DNA from: Octopus sinensis
Lineage: Eukaryota
Length of the DNA: 64,000 nt
Assembly: GCF_006345805.1 (NCBI RefSeq)
Contig: NC_043001.1
Coordinates: 117,242,001-117,306,000, forward strand
Reading direction: 5' to 3'
Position 1 is the stretch's first letter; the number at the start of each line of letters is the position of its first letter. The notes under the pieces were generated by a model that saw only the letters and a program-made list of their open reading frames with translations, was not told the origin of the DNA and did no database searches. Below are positions 36,586 to 52,529 of the stretch, piece after piece. The translations under genes and the position numbers were made by a program.

Positions 36586-37354
36586 TAATGCCATGCGCCC
36601 TCACTAGAGAGTGATTATATCAAGTCAGAAAATCATAAAAACAATCGTGAAAGAAGTGATTTTTATAAAGTCGGGAGCCCCGTGGTCTAGTTACGAATAG
36701 AGCTGGTTCATATTCTGTAACGTCGATATGGCGTGTGTGTTTCTTTTTAATCCGGCGCAAGTTATGGGAATATATAGAGAGATCAGTGGCAGGAAAAGTT
36801 TTCGTATAGGTGTAATACGACTGGTTCAGAAGATACCCATTATCGTAAAACTAAAATTTCGTGGTAGGGAAAAATAACATCAGTTAATGAATAATATTAT
36901 TTAGTTATTTCGGCAACTGCGGGAGGTAACTTCAGATATGTTTCGCTCTTATTATGACTTCATCAGAGAAGCATAGGCCAAACTAAAGATGAGAGAATCA
37001 GTAAATAAATATACAAGGTTATACACTGGTTGGGTAGAGAAACAATTATTTGGAGAATTCAATGAAAGGTTAAGTTGATCACGGTGAGACTGAATTAATA
37101 AATAGATCAAGTTTTAAATCCAAACATCATTGGTGAGATTAAACAACGATGTCTTCAACAAGACACAATGACCTTGTATTTAAAGAGACGAGGGAGCTGA
37201 AAGTCTCTCTCTCTCTATCTCTCTCTCTCCCCCTCTCTCTCCGTCTCTCCCCTCTCTCTCTCATACACACACAATACACTTACATACATACATGCACACA
37301 TACATACGTGCATGTACACACACACACGCACATACCTACATACATATATTTATA

Positions 37355-37575
37355 TGGCAGACACGTTAGCGCGCCGGGTGAAATGCTTAGTGGTATTTCG
37401 TCTGTCGTTACGTTCTGAGTTCAAATTCCGCCGAGGTCAACTTTACCTTTCATCCTTTCGGGGTCGATAAATAAAGTACCAGTTTCGCACTGGGGGTGAT
37501 ATAATCGATTCAATCCCTTCGTCTATCCTTGTTTGTCCCCTCTATGTTTAGCCCCTTGTGAGCAGTAAAGAAATA
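37355..37575 (+). mobile_element. SINE family C
   Basis: Head remnant plus one 184-type unit. Confidence 0.8.
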
Positions 37576-37754
37576 TATATACACACACATGTATGTGTGT
37601 GTGTGTGCTCAGTTGCAGGATTCGTCAGAATTTCGGTATCTCAACACGTAGGATGCCAGGAAAGGCCGGGTATTGGACTTTATTTCCTTCTTTACCTGTT
37701 TGTTTAAAATCACCTGAAGATGGCAGATTTTTGCCATGATGTAATCTAGGAATG

Positions 37755-38167
37755 GGATCTTTTCGGTTTGAACGGCAGTTTTTCTAGCGGTGTCATATGA
37801 AATTGTCACCCATAATTATGACCCTAGAATCGATCTATTGTATTTCAATCTGTTTTGGGGTTAGGGTTAGGGGTGGGGAGAAGGGTATTTTTTTCTTCAG
37901 AAATGTAAATAAACCCAATTTGTTTCATAAAGGAGGGACATATTCATACGACACAGAATGTTTTCACCTCAATAGACGTCAGTGATTGGTTGAAATTGCA
38001 GAAATTGAAGAAAAAAAACAACAAATATCTTACAAACTATAGAATTTTCTCAATAAAGCCAAGAGAAAAAGATGTTTTATAAACACATTCTACCAGTATA
38101 CGAAGTTTAAAAGTGTTTAGTTACCTAGAAATTATGTCAAAAACTGCCGGTCAAACCGAAAAGATCC
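37755..38167. mobile_element. MITE (non-autonomous DNA transposon), 413 bp
   Basis: TIRs GGATCTTTTCGGTTTGAACGGCAGTTTTT / AAAAACTGCCGGTCAAACCGAAAAGATCC (1 mismatch); flanking duplication TAGGAAT(G/A) at 37747-37754 and 38168-38175. Confidence 0.85.
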
Positions 38168-39106
38168 TAGGAATATATCAATAAAATGCCAACAAAGCAA
38201 CTGTCGCAAATTCTGAAACTCATTTGTGTTCTTATATATTCTTCAGTTGTAAAGTTACTCAAGGAGCGCAAGTTCCTTGCATGGTATTTACGAGAGTTTC
38301 AAACTACACACACGCGTGCGCAAACAGACACGTGTGGGTATGTATATTTCTATAGCTCAAACGCGAGAGGGAGAAAGAAAAAGACATTGAAAGAAAGACG
38401 CAAAGAACGATAAAAAAGAAAGAAAGCAAAAGAGAATTAAATAAATATATAATAAATAAATACATACAAAAGCAAGAAAAAAAATTGTAAGAAATGAACA
38501 AGAAACAAAAATAGAAAGGAAGGAAGTAGAGAACGCAATTGAAGATTAAAAAAAAAATGAGTCAAAACAAAAAGATAAATTCCGAGAAAAAAAAGCAAAA
38601 AGAAAAAAAAGGTTAAACCACTTACAGTTTGATGTGAAGTGATATTCCAACAATTGTAAATCTATTCTTTTGATACCCAGTTGAATCACAACAGCACACG
38701 GGTGCACTGCTTACAATCGTTCTTGGGTGTTTATGATTTTTCTATTTGTCTCAATGTTTATTGTTTCTCTTTCAAATATTTGTTAATTATTTTCGTTTTA
38801 TTTCGTCAATCAGAAATTGATTATCAGAGTAGATAATTTACAAAAAAGTGTTATTTCTTTTCGTTGATGTTTTATTTTTAAGGAAATAATCTTCGTTTTA
38901 CTTTTCTTTTTTTGCAGTAAATGGAAAAGTTGTCTACTTTAGTTTTCATGGAAAAGTTTATCTAATGCTGACTAAATACCGATATTATGTTCGTACTTCT
39001 AGACACAATGTTTTTTTCTCTTTGGAGCTGCTGATATATATTGAAAATTGGTATGTATGTATGTATGTATGTATGTATGTATATTATATATATATATGTA
39101 TGTATG

Positions 39107-39212
<106 letters not shown>

Positions 39213-39728
39213 TTGGAGTCAGCTATTTATTCACACACTAAAGAAACCCAAACACCTATCTGGAAGTGCGTATAATACTACTTACTATTGGATAGCACAG
39301 GGTGAAATCTGAAGGTGGACGAACTTTACACTACGTTTTTAACAAAATACTACAGAACTATATATATATATATTTGGAATATATATATGTACGTGTATAT
39401 ATGTATGTGTACGTATATATATGTGTATGTATACGTGTGTATTTGTGTGTATGCGCGCGCGTAGGTAATTGATTATAGGTTTGTCAAGGTTCGACAGAGA
39501 CGGGAACTTTGGTGATGGCTGTTATGGACTCAACAGGAATAAATTAATTTTCTGTTAACGAACAAAACGATGAGAAATTTTGTATAATAATGATAATAAC
39601 AGCATCTACTTTTGATACTGGATGTAAAAAAAAAAATTTTTTTGCTTTTGTTGTTTTTATAAAATACTATTAATTTACTGTTAGTAAGTAACCAGTAAAT
39701 CTGTCATGAAGAATTTTGCCTGAAATCC

Positions 39729-39775
<47 letters not shown>

Positions 39776-40413
39776 ATATATTATATATATATATGTATAT
39801 GTGATTGTGTATGTATATGTGATTTGGTCAGTTTTGTTCCCGTTGATATTTTACAAACTTTTTTCCAAGTTTATTTACTTTCTTCCTTTCTTTCTTTCGC
39901 TCTTTCTTTCCTTCTTTCTATTTCCTTCCTTTCCTTCTTGTATCCCAATTCAGTTTTATATCAGCCTTAGAAGTATTTCTTCTTTACCACCGTCTCCAGA
40001 ATATTTTCTTTTCCACCCGACCGGCGAGGCTTCCTCAGATACAAATTTCAGAGTGATGCGTTGATGCTGGCCTAAGTACCTAGCGCAGCTGCTGACTACG
40101 CTGCTGTTGCTGCTGCTGCTGCTGTTGATCTCTTTTTGCTGCTGCTACTACAGATACTGACATTGGTTTTGTTATTAGTACTTTCATTTTCGGCAATATT
40201 TTTATTATTACTTTTTGTTGTTGTTGTTGTTGCTAATGTTGCTTGGTTACATAGTTGTTGTTGATGTTGATGTTCTTTCTATCACTTGTGTTATTGATGC
40301 TATAGTTAAGGTGGGGCTATTGCTGCTGCTGCTGTTGTTGCTTCTATCGGCTCTGACCAACTAACACTCCTTCAATTAATTACTACATACATACGCGCGC
40401 ACACGCACACACA

Positions 40414-40460
<47 letters not shown>

Positions 40461-40574
40461 TCACACGTACGTTTGTATGTATGTATGTATGTATGTATGT
40501 ATGTATAGATTGATAGATAGATACGCCGAAGCAACGTAAAAACAAACATGAAAAAAAATATACATATATACATA

Positions 40575-40935
40575 GGTACAGGGTGGCTGAGTGGTAAAAA
40601 GCTTGCTTCCCAACCACATGGTTTCGGGTTCAATCCCACTACATAGCACCTTAGGCAACTGTCGTTTGAAACCTCGGGCTAACCAAAACCCTGTGAGTGG
40701 ATTTAATCTAAAAGTAAAACTAAACTAAAAGAAGCCCGTCGTATATATATATCTGTGTATATATATCTATTTGTATTTGCGTCTGTCCCTCGCCATTGCG
40801 GTTCGTCAAAAAAATCCCGATAGAATAAATACCAGGCTTAAAAACAATAGGTAAAGGGGTCGATTTATTCGACTAAAATTCTTGAAGGCGGTGCTCCAGC
40901 ATGGCCACAGTTTAGTCACCGAAACAACTAAACGA
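40575..40935 (+). mobile_element. SINE family A, diverged
   Basis: Family A head and 3' motifs. Confidence 0.75.
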
Positions 40936-43899
40936 AAAAATATATATTTAAATAAAAATAAATAAATAAATAAATAAATAAACACTCCGATCCTCCCACC
41001 ATTTCTATCTGGCATTCCGAAGATACACACCTCTGTTTGTACCATCTTCACTTGCTGATTGGCTGAAATACGACCAATAGAATTAATATACTAGATCTTT
41101 GTATGTAAATGAATAGGTTGTATGTAGTCCTTTTTTAAATTTCATATTATTGTTTTTATTTTATCCTTCTTGGTGGGGATGATAAACTACCAGGGAAAAG
41201 TTTCGGGGATGAAGAAATTGTATCTCAAGTTCAATCCCTGTGTGGAGCTCTTGCACTTCCGTTGTAGAACTTTTGACCTTAGGATCAAAAATAAAGAAAG
41301 AAGCAAGCAAAAACGGGAAAAAACTTTATACCACATCTCCGAATGTAGTAGACTCTGTCACAAGTTCAATATCTTGTTTAATACTTTTAGTTTACTCGTT
41401 CTAAGTACTCGCAATTTTCATCCGTAAAAACAGATGACTTACTTTTGAGTCACCTGGTTCTCATAGAATTCCTCAACACTTTGGGAATACTTTCGTGTGT
41501 CATTCGAAGTGTCTTTGTGAGTGAAATTTGGCTGGCGGAAACTGTGCAGAAACCCGCCAAAAGGATTGTCACAGTTTCTTTCTGGTAGATGGTCGTGTGA
41601 CGTTGGTAGAGTTGTTAGAATGTAGAACGAAATGCCTTGAGCATTTGTTCTGGCTTCACTTCGCTAAGAGTTTAAATCTCGCCAAGTTCGTCTTTGCCTT
41701 TCATTCTTTCGAGATCGATAAAATATAGTAACTAATCCATTATCTTGAACTGGCAGAATTGTTACGGCTTGCTCTTTTGTTCTGAGTTATTCGATAGCAG
41801 ACTTAATATCATCAGCTGGTCACCGGCTGACTTTAGCAGAGTTCACACTGTTGCGAACGCTTGGAGAGGTTCTACGTCTAAGGATAACGTTCTTCATTCC
41901 TTCCACTTGTCACAGATGTCGTGGAAAACGTCAAGAGCAATGCTCTTTCTTCCTTGACTGAAACATGAATATGTATCTTGTTTTAAAGTAAAAACAACTT
42001 CAGATTAAATAATTTATTTTCATCAACGCTGTTTATGCCACAGAAAAGGTATAAACGTCACATCTTATTCTACTGTTTTGTAAACTTGTAGCCTCATAAA
42101 AAAGAAACCAATTTTATTGTAGCGAGTATCCTGGGATCGAGTTTAAATGCCATCAAGCCTTGATTTGGTTGTAATTTCGATTCCAGATAGGAACCAAATC
42201 AATTTATATAACGCGTTAATAGTTTTGCGAAATGAAAACAAAGATTACATCTTCCTACATTATATACTTAGAGTTTAGCTGAAATATTAAATCAAGAAAT
42301 ACTGCTGCTACTACTGTTGCTACTACTACTACTACTACTGCTGCTGCTTCTGATGATGATGATGATGATGATGATGAGGATGATGATGATAAGGATGATA
42401 TTCGTCCACAAAAAATTTAGGATCAAAATCCCATCAGGATTTGACTTTGCTTTTCATCTACCAGGGCTCCGTAAAAACAAGTGGCAGTAATATAAGTCAG
42501 TCCCCTACAGATCTGTGATTATGGTCCAACGTTATAAAACAGCGAATGAAATTTTCAAAATAAGACAAGTTCTACCGTCATAGCGAGAGGTACGACCAGA
42601 GGTTTTATGGAGGGCCTCTCCTTCTTTGATAAAATCAACTACGCGTCTAGTAAAAATTGACATTTTGTCAAGTCTCAACAAATCCTGTTACTTCTCTTTC
42701 GAAATGGTGTATTAGGTACTAGACTAAATGTAGTGGAGGATTTAGTTTCATTCCTTCAACTTTCCGAGCTTAAATCCCTTCCGGTTTCATAAAAAAATAT
42801 CAGTCATGTACTGGTTTTCAAAAAATGAGTGCTTTCGTCCCTTTATGAAATGTCTATAGAGCAATTTCGATTCAGTGTTCTAAGTTTCGTGGAGGCAGCA
42901 ATATAGAAACACTCGTTAATTATACATTCCTCCTAATAATAATAATAATACAGCCGTGAACGGTGAGCTATGTTTAGGTGTTGCGTTTATCAGCTGTACT
43001 TACTATGAGCTATATCTATTAGTTGTGTTTATGAGCTGCGTTTATGAACTTTGTTTACGAGTTATGTCCCTGATATATGCTTAGGAAATAAGTTTATGAA
43101 CTTTGTTTATGAACTTTGTTTATGAGCTGTATTTACTGCTGGCATTTATTTATGAGAAGAAAAAATTAGACCTCAGTATAGTTCTGGTTAAAGGATACGA
43201 AACACTGACCCTTCTACAACTATTTTCAGGTTAGGTTTGATGTTAGGCTCATATAGCACAAATCATGTGGCAGTTTACACCTAAATTGCATTTACTTCAG
43301 TGAATTTGTTTGTCTTTTATATTCTCTTTCCTCCTCCCTGTCGCTAATTGTGTTCTTTTTTTCTTTTTACTAACTTTTGAGTTACGAAGTTTTATCTCTT
43401 CTAGTTTCAGATTCCCTGGCTGAATATTTTCATCAGAAACTTAAGTTTCATATAAAGATATCTGAAGGAACATAAGTATTGTATAACGTTATTTGAAGAT
43501 ACTCAACAATATTTATTGGTAGAATGACCTTCCCAAATTACGGCAATATCTATTTCCTTGATTGGATATCTTCGTCAAAAACATTATTTTTATATAACGA
43601 TATTATGGCGTTCCCAGACACTATAGACTGTTGGGATTGGCTGATTTGTTGAAGTTGTCGTTATAGTAATTATTGTTGTTAAGCTGGTTCCGTTTGAAAG
43701 ACTTATCATAAGAAAACATGGCAATGTTGTCTTTTTTCACGCCTAGTGTACTCCAAATACGCCATTAAGCAACATTCGTACCAGACACACACACACAGTA
43801 ATCTATGTAGGTTAGTGTATGTGTATATGTGTACACACACACACACACACACACATATGTATAGTTAATCCCCGTCCCCCCAGAATGGAGAACAAACAC

Positions 43900-44080
43900 A
43901 AGAAAAAAACCAATAACGCGAGGACGTGGTACATGCAAAATATTAGCAGATGCTCAGGGAAGGGGGAAAAAATGTAGTTTTACGTTTCGAGCAAAGCTCT
44001 TCGTCAGAAACAGGAGACGGAGGAAAGTCCAAGAGAAAAGGAAGACGATGGAAGAAAATCGCCAACGATCCACAGGCGAA
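43900..44080 (-). mobile_element. Solo Penelope-type pseudo-LTR (second family) with hammerhead-like core
   Basis: GTTT-CTGACGA(44007-44001)-A-GAGC-TTT-GCTC-GAAA(43988-43985)-CG; homologous to 4245-4438. Confidence 0.7.
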
Positions 44081-44128
44081 TACATTTTGTAACACACACG
44101 CACACATACATATATATATATATATATA

Positions 44129-44427
44129 CTCAAAATAAGCAACAAGAATAACTTCGGTAATTTGGTACGATCGTTTCACGCTACATCATTTTATTAAATA
44201 TTGTAAGTATTACAACAGTTTTAAAATGTTGAGCAATCATCAGCCATTTATAGAGGTTTTCCATTAATACATAATTTTCATATCAATTGATATGAAATTG
44301 GTATGAAGTTATTCTTGTTGCTTATTTTGATTATAATCACCCCATGGATTTATATGGATAACACACAAAATTCTGGTGCATCTAACTTAAGTACCATATT
44401 CATTTGAATCTAAATTTTGCTGAACTT
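44129..44427. repeat. Unclassified AT-rich repeat with internal inverted repeat, in (TA)n
   Basis: TCAAAATAAGCAACAAGAATAACTTC...GAAGTTATTCTTGTTGCTTATTTTGA; homologous, in opposite orientation, to 58951-59447. Confidence 0.7.
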
Positions 44428-45191
44428 ATATATATATATTTATATTTATATACACACACACAAATATGCACGCGCGCGTGCGTGTGTGTGTATGTGTGTG
44501 TGTATGTGTGTCTGTGTCTGTATGATGTTAGGAGGCTCTAGTGGCAGTTGTTTATTGTAGGCAAAACTCACCCCAAAACTGTTTTGTCTGTTTCTCATTT
44601 ATTTTCGTATTTAAAATTTTATGAACGTTGACACCACTTTTTGCCCAACAATCAAGAAGTTCTCTGGTTTGGTCGTTTGTTTTAGTTTATTGCAAAGATA
44701 TGTTGGATGTTAAGTTTTTCGCTTTGGTTTGCTATTAATATATCCTACATGACTAATCTTTATTTGGAGATGAATATTTTGTATGACATACTCGTGACAG
44801 TTATGCTGTGTCTTATGTCATATAATGCTATTTAATATAATCTAATGACTAATTTCCAGAAGTTGCAAAACCAGACAGAAAGATTTAGTAGTTATTTTTG
44901 TTCAATCTCAGAGTCATAAAACTTAAAGCTCCGGTTTTGTTATTTATGACCTAGGAGAGAGAGAGCTGAGGTGTGATCTTTTTTCCAGGGTCTATTCACT
45001 TAATAGAGAGAATGAAAAATGATATGGTTATCACCAAACTGAGGGTTTGACCGGAGTGCTTGCAATAAAATATAATCCATTAAAAATACCCAAAGGACAG
45101 GTGATTGTTTAAACTAGGTAACACATGCTATTTGCAAAAGCGTTAAAGTGCTCAATACTCGCTTTTGGTGGATGCATGGAAAGTTTATTAT

Positions 45192-45592
45192 ATGTAGGAG
45201 TGGCTGTGTGGTAAGTAGCTTGTTTACCAGCCACATGGTTTCGGGTTCAGTCCCACTGCGTGGCACTTTGGGCAAGTGTCTTCTACTATAGCCTCGGGCC
45301 GACCAAAGCCTTGTGAATGGATTTGGTAGATGGAAACTGAAAGAAGCCCGTCGTATATATGTATATATATATGCGTGTGTGTGTTTGTGTGTCTGTGTTT
45401 GTCCCCTAGCATTGCTTGACAATCGATGCTGGTTTGTTTATGTCCCCGTTACTTAGCGGTTCGGCAAAAGAGACCGATAGAATAAGTATTGGGCTTACAA
45501 AAGAATAAGTCCCGGGGTCGAGATGCTCGATTAAAGGCGGTGCTCCAGCATGGCCACAGTCAAATGACTGAAACAAGTAATAGAGTAAAAGA
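45192..45592 (+). mobile_element. SINE family A, full length
   Basis: Complete family A structure. Confidence 0.9.
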
Positions 45593-45654
45593 GAGAGTAT
45601 ATATATATATATATATATATATATGCATATCGCGCTAGCTACTATCTATCTATA

Positions 45655-45705
<51 letters not shown>

Positions 45706-45722
45706 TTATCTCTCTCTCTCTC

Positions 45723-45793
<71 letters not shown>

Positions 45794-46384
45794 CAAAGTC
45801 AGTCTTATATTTAAAAAAAGCAAGGAGGGTTAAGTATATTCTCTGTGAATAGAGCTTAGTCCCATTGACAGAACCATAGAATCCTATCACTCTTCTGTAG
45901 GAAACAGGTTCTTCGTCAATTTCAGCTTTCGTATTTGTGGTAATTATCACTAAACTTAATGATTAAGCAACGACCGTAATATATTAATCTACTTTCACTT
46001 TGATATTAATCTACTTTCACTTTGATAATATTCCAATTTGTAAATGGACTTTTGTAAATGTCAGTATAGATGTGGGACAATATTTTGATTTAAAGTTGAA
46101 GTAGTTGGAGCACTTTCTCATCACACCCTGTCGCTGTTTGTCTGTCTGTCTGTCTCAATCTATCATTGCTCTCTCTCACACACACACACACACACACATA
46201 CACACACGAAACATTGACCGTCTTTTTATCTATTAGTGTTTAACAACGATTTGTTGTTTTCTGTAGCACTAATTAAGTTTTCTACATAGAAATCGCAAGA
46301 GCAACTGCAAACTCGCTATTTTAATTTTACTGTTTTTATTTCTTTGATATTGCAATTTGTGAACAATAGGGTCGTTGGTTGTAG

Positions 46385-46489
46385 GTCTTCAACATGCCAT
46401 TTACTGGTTCACTGCAGATCCTACAATGCCCTACAATGAAAGTGCAATTCAGTGCAGAACAAATGTCACAAGAAGCTTCGTTAGAAAAG
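46385..46489 (+). other. Candidate host-gene exon (105 nt), product unidentified
   Basis: AG/GT bounded, non-repetitive, open in two frames (GLQHAIYWFTADPTMPYNESAIQCRTNVTRSFVRK or VFNMPFTGSLQILQC...); possible next acceptor at 46688. No family recognised. Confidence 0.25.
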
Positions 46490-48541
46490 GTTTGGCTTTT
46501 CGGATTTCTCACGTCTGTTTACATTTGTTACCGTTGTTCAACGACAAAAGGTACACACAGACGCGCACACAGAAACATCCACACATTCACATTTGTACAC
46601 ACACATACACCAACACTCACGAACCAGGTTCCCAATCACACAACCAAGCAAGCGTATGGCGACTTGCTTGTCATTAATCTTATATCAGATGCCTAACGGA
46701 AACAAAATTGGTAACTGTAATACAAAAAGAGACAAAGGATTCCAAGAACTTTCCTTTGACTTCTTTATTGCTGGCTCCAAAGATGCCCAAGTCTCCAAAG
46801 GACTGTGCAAATGTTGATAAAATAAACACCAGCTATGCATTGAGATCAATTCAATTAGCTAGGCCTGTGTCCTATTACTTCATAATTTGTTACCCACTTT
46901 CTTAAGTCAAAACTTTCTTTAACAAAGAAGAGCCGAAGGAATATGGTTTTGAAGAAATTGATAAAAAGTAGGCGAATAGAGAGCTTAATTATTTTTCTTT
47001 GGCCTATATTTTATGGCATGAAAATGAAGTTGCTGCGCTCAATCTTTCTCCAAGAGCATGAATGGCATAAATGAAGGAAACTTGTATCAATTGAGATCGA
47101 AACTAGTTCAAGTTCTCGATCGATAAGAAGCATACATCTTACTTCATAGTGATCGTCACAATATTTAAACAGAATTAAACAAAATTACCACTCCTTAACA
47201 TGTGGGTAAAGTGCAGCTAACCGTCACTCGCGAGTGAGTGTGGCTTGATAAAATGTACTATGCTTTCGTTAATTGTTTTAGGGTATATGTACAGTTGCGA
47301 GCAAACATAGAACTTCCTCAGCTTCTCACCCTCGATCGAGTGCAACATCCACAATGTTATAGCAACAGGATTCACTAGCACTAGGCTGGTACTCTTTACA
47401 GTTGAGTAGACTGGAGTAACATGAACTATAGTACCTTTCATATGGACAGAACGCGTCACTCTGTGAAGGAGTTGATTAGAAAATCTTATGATCATGAGCT
47501 AAACATCCTAACCATTTGCACACACGCACCTTCATTAGAGCAGGTGTCGACAGATTCGAGTCAGTATATGCTTGCTTTTTAGTTTATTTAGTTTAGGCAA
47601 GACGTGTACTTAAGAAAATCAATATATATACTATGCTATTACTGTTTCTGCCATTTCAACACATGTGGTGCAAGACTTATATGCATCTGTTTAAGAAGTT
47701 TGCTTCACTATCATGTAGGTTCAGATTCGATACCACTGTACCTCGGGCAAGTGTGTCCTACACTAGTTTCTTGTTGGTACTGCATAGCAAATGAAACTGA
47801 GTAGACGGAAACTGCAAAGAAGCTTACTAGACTGGTACTTTATTTTATCGATCCCGGAGTGATGGAAGGTAAAGTTGACGACGGCAGAATTCGAACTCAG
47901 AACGTCAAAGAAGCAGAAGCTTGTTTTCGGAAGCTTCTACCAATCTACCGTCTATTGCCACAATACAAAACACAACGTCATAGAAAAACAATATTTAGAA
48001 CAAAACATAGCATTCGAATAACATTGCATATCTAAATCGGCTTTTATGGCATCATGCTGTTGTCACGGATTAACTGTTAATGAATTCGAAACAGAAGGCA
48101 CTTTTCTTTTCTTTCCTTTTTCTTTTTCTTTTTCTTTTCTTTTTGTAAATTCTTTCCCTATCACTGACCCTTTTCATAAGTGAGTATCATACTTAAAGAG
48201 AATATGGTGCTCGGTTCACAGCTGTTAAGCCGGATTGCAGACCAGTCGTCTACGACATAGCAAGCTTATGTCGACTTTTCCCGCCGATACTCAAACTTCG
48301 CGAGACTAGCTGACTCCGTAGATACCAATACAGGTCAGTGATAGAGAAAGAGAGGAGAAAGAGAGGGAGGGAGAAAGAGAGAGAATTTCAAGTTTAGTGG
48401 TGAGAAGATTCCAGATTTTCAAACAACAGTTTGCTCTTTGTGGGTATATAGGTTGTAATGAAGCTAGTGTTTGTACTTGATTAATCTGTGTACGTGTACT
48501 TATTTGAGTGTATGCGTGTGCGTGTGTGTGTGCGTGTGTGT

Positions 48542-48583
<42 letters not shown>

Positions 48584-49038
48584 GGTTTATGTACGAATTC
48601 GTGTGCGGGCATTCGTGCATATATAAAGTGAATCTAAGCAAACAGGAGAATATGTGTGTGTGTGTACAAATACGTATATACTTATGCTTATAGACATGCA
48701 TATATTTACATATACAGATATATATATATATATATATGTGTGTGTTTGTGTGTGCGTGCGTGTGTGTGTGTGTGCGTGTGTATGTATGTATGTATATTCT
48801 TACATTATATACATGATACAAGGTAATGCATTCATTGTTGTACTACATACACGAGTGTATGTTATATACGTGTATTTATGAAAGTATGCATGTATGTATG
48901 TACACACACACACAAACACACACGCACACACATATATATGCTGCTTAATGGATTGGTTCATTAGCCTGGTCCAAGGTACTGTTAATTGTAGAAAATGTAA
49001 GAAATACACACCCAGGCATACTCTCTCTCTCTCTCTCA

Positions 49039-49069
<31 letters not shown>

Positions 49070-49429
49070 GGCATAGAAAACGCACACGCAAATCGACATA
49101 CACACAGCATCTAATCAATCTACAGTTGACTCGATAAAGTTCTTCAGAGTTCAGGTATTATCTTTCTGCACTTAACACAGAGAGCGAATAAATAAATAAT
49201 TAAATATAATATCAACAATGCCATCTTAGAATAACTTAACACGCATTCTTAACCAGAGGCGAAAACACTGGTAGAGTTTCTGCTCTGGTTTTAGATATAC
49301 CTCCGCCAACGCCGTCGCATGCATACATACATACATACATACATACATACATACATACATACATACACAGACACACATATACACTTATGTCTGTATCACG
49401 TATTTATTTAGGATTATGTGGATGCGTAC

Positions 49430-49477
<48 letters not shown>

Positions 49478-49499
49478 AATAGAAATATATTAAAAAAAG

Positions 49500-50820
<1,321 letters not shown>

Positions 50821-51374
50821 TGTGTGTATGTATGTATGTATGTATGTACCTAAGTGTAACTTTGTTGCAACCACCATTAACAGGCTTCGAGGTGCAAGGC
50901 AGCTGCAAATACACTACATGCAGGGACCTGTAATCCTCTTACTTACAACATAAGTGGCCTTCTTTGCAAATCGTTAGCGGGACTTAAATGTCAGATTCGA
51001 CATAAGCGTTATGACTGATGAAGAAAGGACACGTTGTCGGAGCGTCAAACGTCGAAACTGACGGGAGAGTCCAACGTATATATACATGTTTTTAATTTAA
51101 GAGAAAATTATATGAGATGAAACATTTTTATCTGAAAGAATGTCTTTCCGGGCGAAAACTTCAAAATTTCATGGTCAGTGAAGGTCGCCTTGCAGTTGTT
51201 TGATTGAGCTAAAATTTTGCATAGATTGGTTTTTTGCTAATTGCAAAAGATAGGATGAGGTGGGGGAGAGGGGAGGGGGAGGGCTAAACTTTTAGAAAGT
51301 TGAAAAATAAGGGCCACTCTAATATACATACATATATAAACTGTCACGATTTATTACAGGTAAAAGTTTTGTTG

Positions 51375-52293
51375 ATATTTTGAATATTACACATTGTACA
51401 AACGTAAAACTCAGTCCACTGAAAGATCTTAGGTAGGTACTATGCAGTGAACATTTCAATTGCGCTGTGCACAATAAGGCTGCTTTTTGCAAGACATCAA
51501 TCTTGCATGGAATTTCCAGTTACCTTAAAAAGTCTTGAAGTCTCAATGGGTTTGAGTCCAAAGTTCCGATCTCCACTTGTATCACTTTTACATTACCCTC
51601 TCGCATTCCATACAGTCTTGCCATTTCCACTTTCAATTCAGAGTACTTGGTACTTTTTTCAACCTCTTTACTCACAAAATTCATGCCATTTGGTATGGCT
51701 ACCTCAATGATCTGACAGTATTTGTCTCTCTTATTCAATATGATAATATCCGGCCGACGGTGTTCGATTACACGATCCGTCTGAAAATCATAGTCCCAGA
51801 GTATCGTTACTTTTCCATTCTCCTGCATAACTTTACTTGGTGCTTGCTCATACCAATTCTCTGTTACATCATATTGGTATTTACGGCATAAGAGCCAATG
51901 AAGATACACACACACTTTATTGTGGCAGCGCTTGTATTCGTTTTGTGCAAGGCTCACACATCCACTTTTCAAATGGGTCACATTTCCCACATTCTTTCCC
52001 CAGAAACCGTATTTCTGGGTGTCAGAAGTTTTATAGGTGTTATACTTCACTGGCTCGGTAGCGAGAGCCTGGTCTTGTGCAGCAATGATCAGGCTTACGG
52101 TGGTAAGCTTCAAATCACCTCGCTCAAGCCATGCTGTATTATCTTTAACGTTCTGTGTATTCCTTTCAAATTGTCCATGCATTCTCATTTGAAGATGGTC
52201 TTCTTTTCGCTTCTCAGCTCTTTGGTTAAACTCTTCTTTGCCCATCATTTCATCTGCATTTACACTATACCTTTCACTATTTATCAAATACTC

Positions 52294-52294
<1 letters not shown>
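51375..52294 (-). mobile_element. R4/Dong-type LINE 3' portion, 5' junction at (TAA)n
   Basis: ORF 51520-52287: MHGQF, IIAAQDQAL, HLKSGCVSLAQNEYKRCHNKV, ILWDYDFQTDRVIEHRRPDII, IEVAIP, KYSELKVEMARL. Confidence 0.9.
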
Positions 52295-52362
<68 letters not shown>

Positions 52363-52394
52363 TATTATTTCGAAGACTGGTGTATGAACAACAT

Positions 52395-52510
52395 GCAAGT
52401 GTATTAGTTTGGTGCTCGGGAAAATGAAAGTGTCTTTTACGTTTCGAGCCTACGCTCTTCAACAGAAAGGAATGAAAAAATAAACAGAGAGAGAATAAAA
52501 AAAACTCGTA
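52395..52510 (-). mobile_element. Penelope pseudo-LTR fragment with degenerate hammerhead core
   Basis: CTGTTGA-A-GAGC-GTAG-GCTC-GAAA-CG. Confidence 0.7.
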
Positions 52511-52529
52511 GATTTCAGCGATCCAGCAT

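Noticed and set aside
42960-43140. Degenerate 13-bp minisatellite (TTTATGAGCTGTG-like)
   Set aside because: Short and decayed, with no structure beyond simple slippage.
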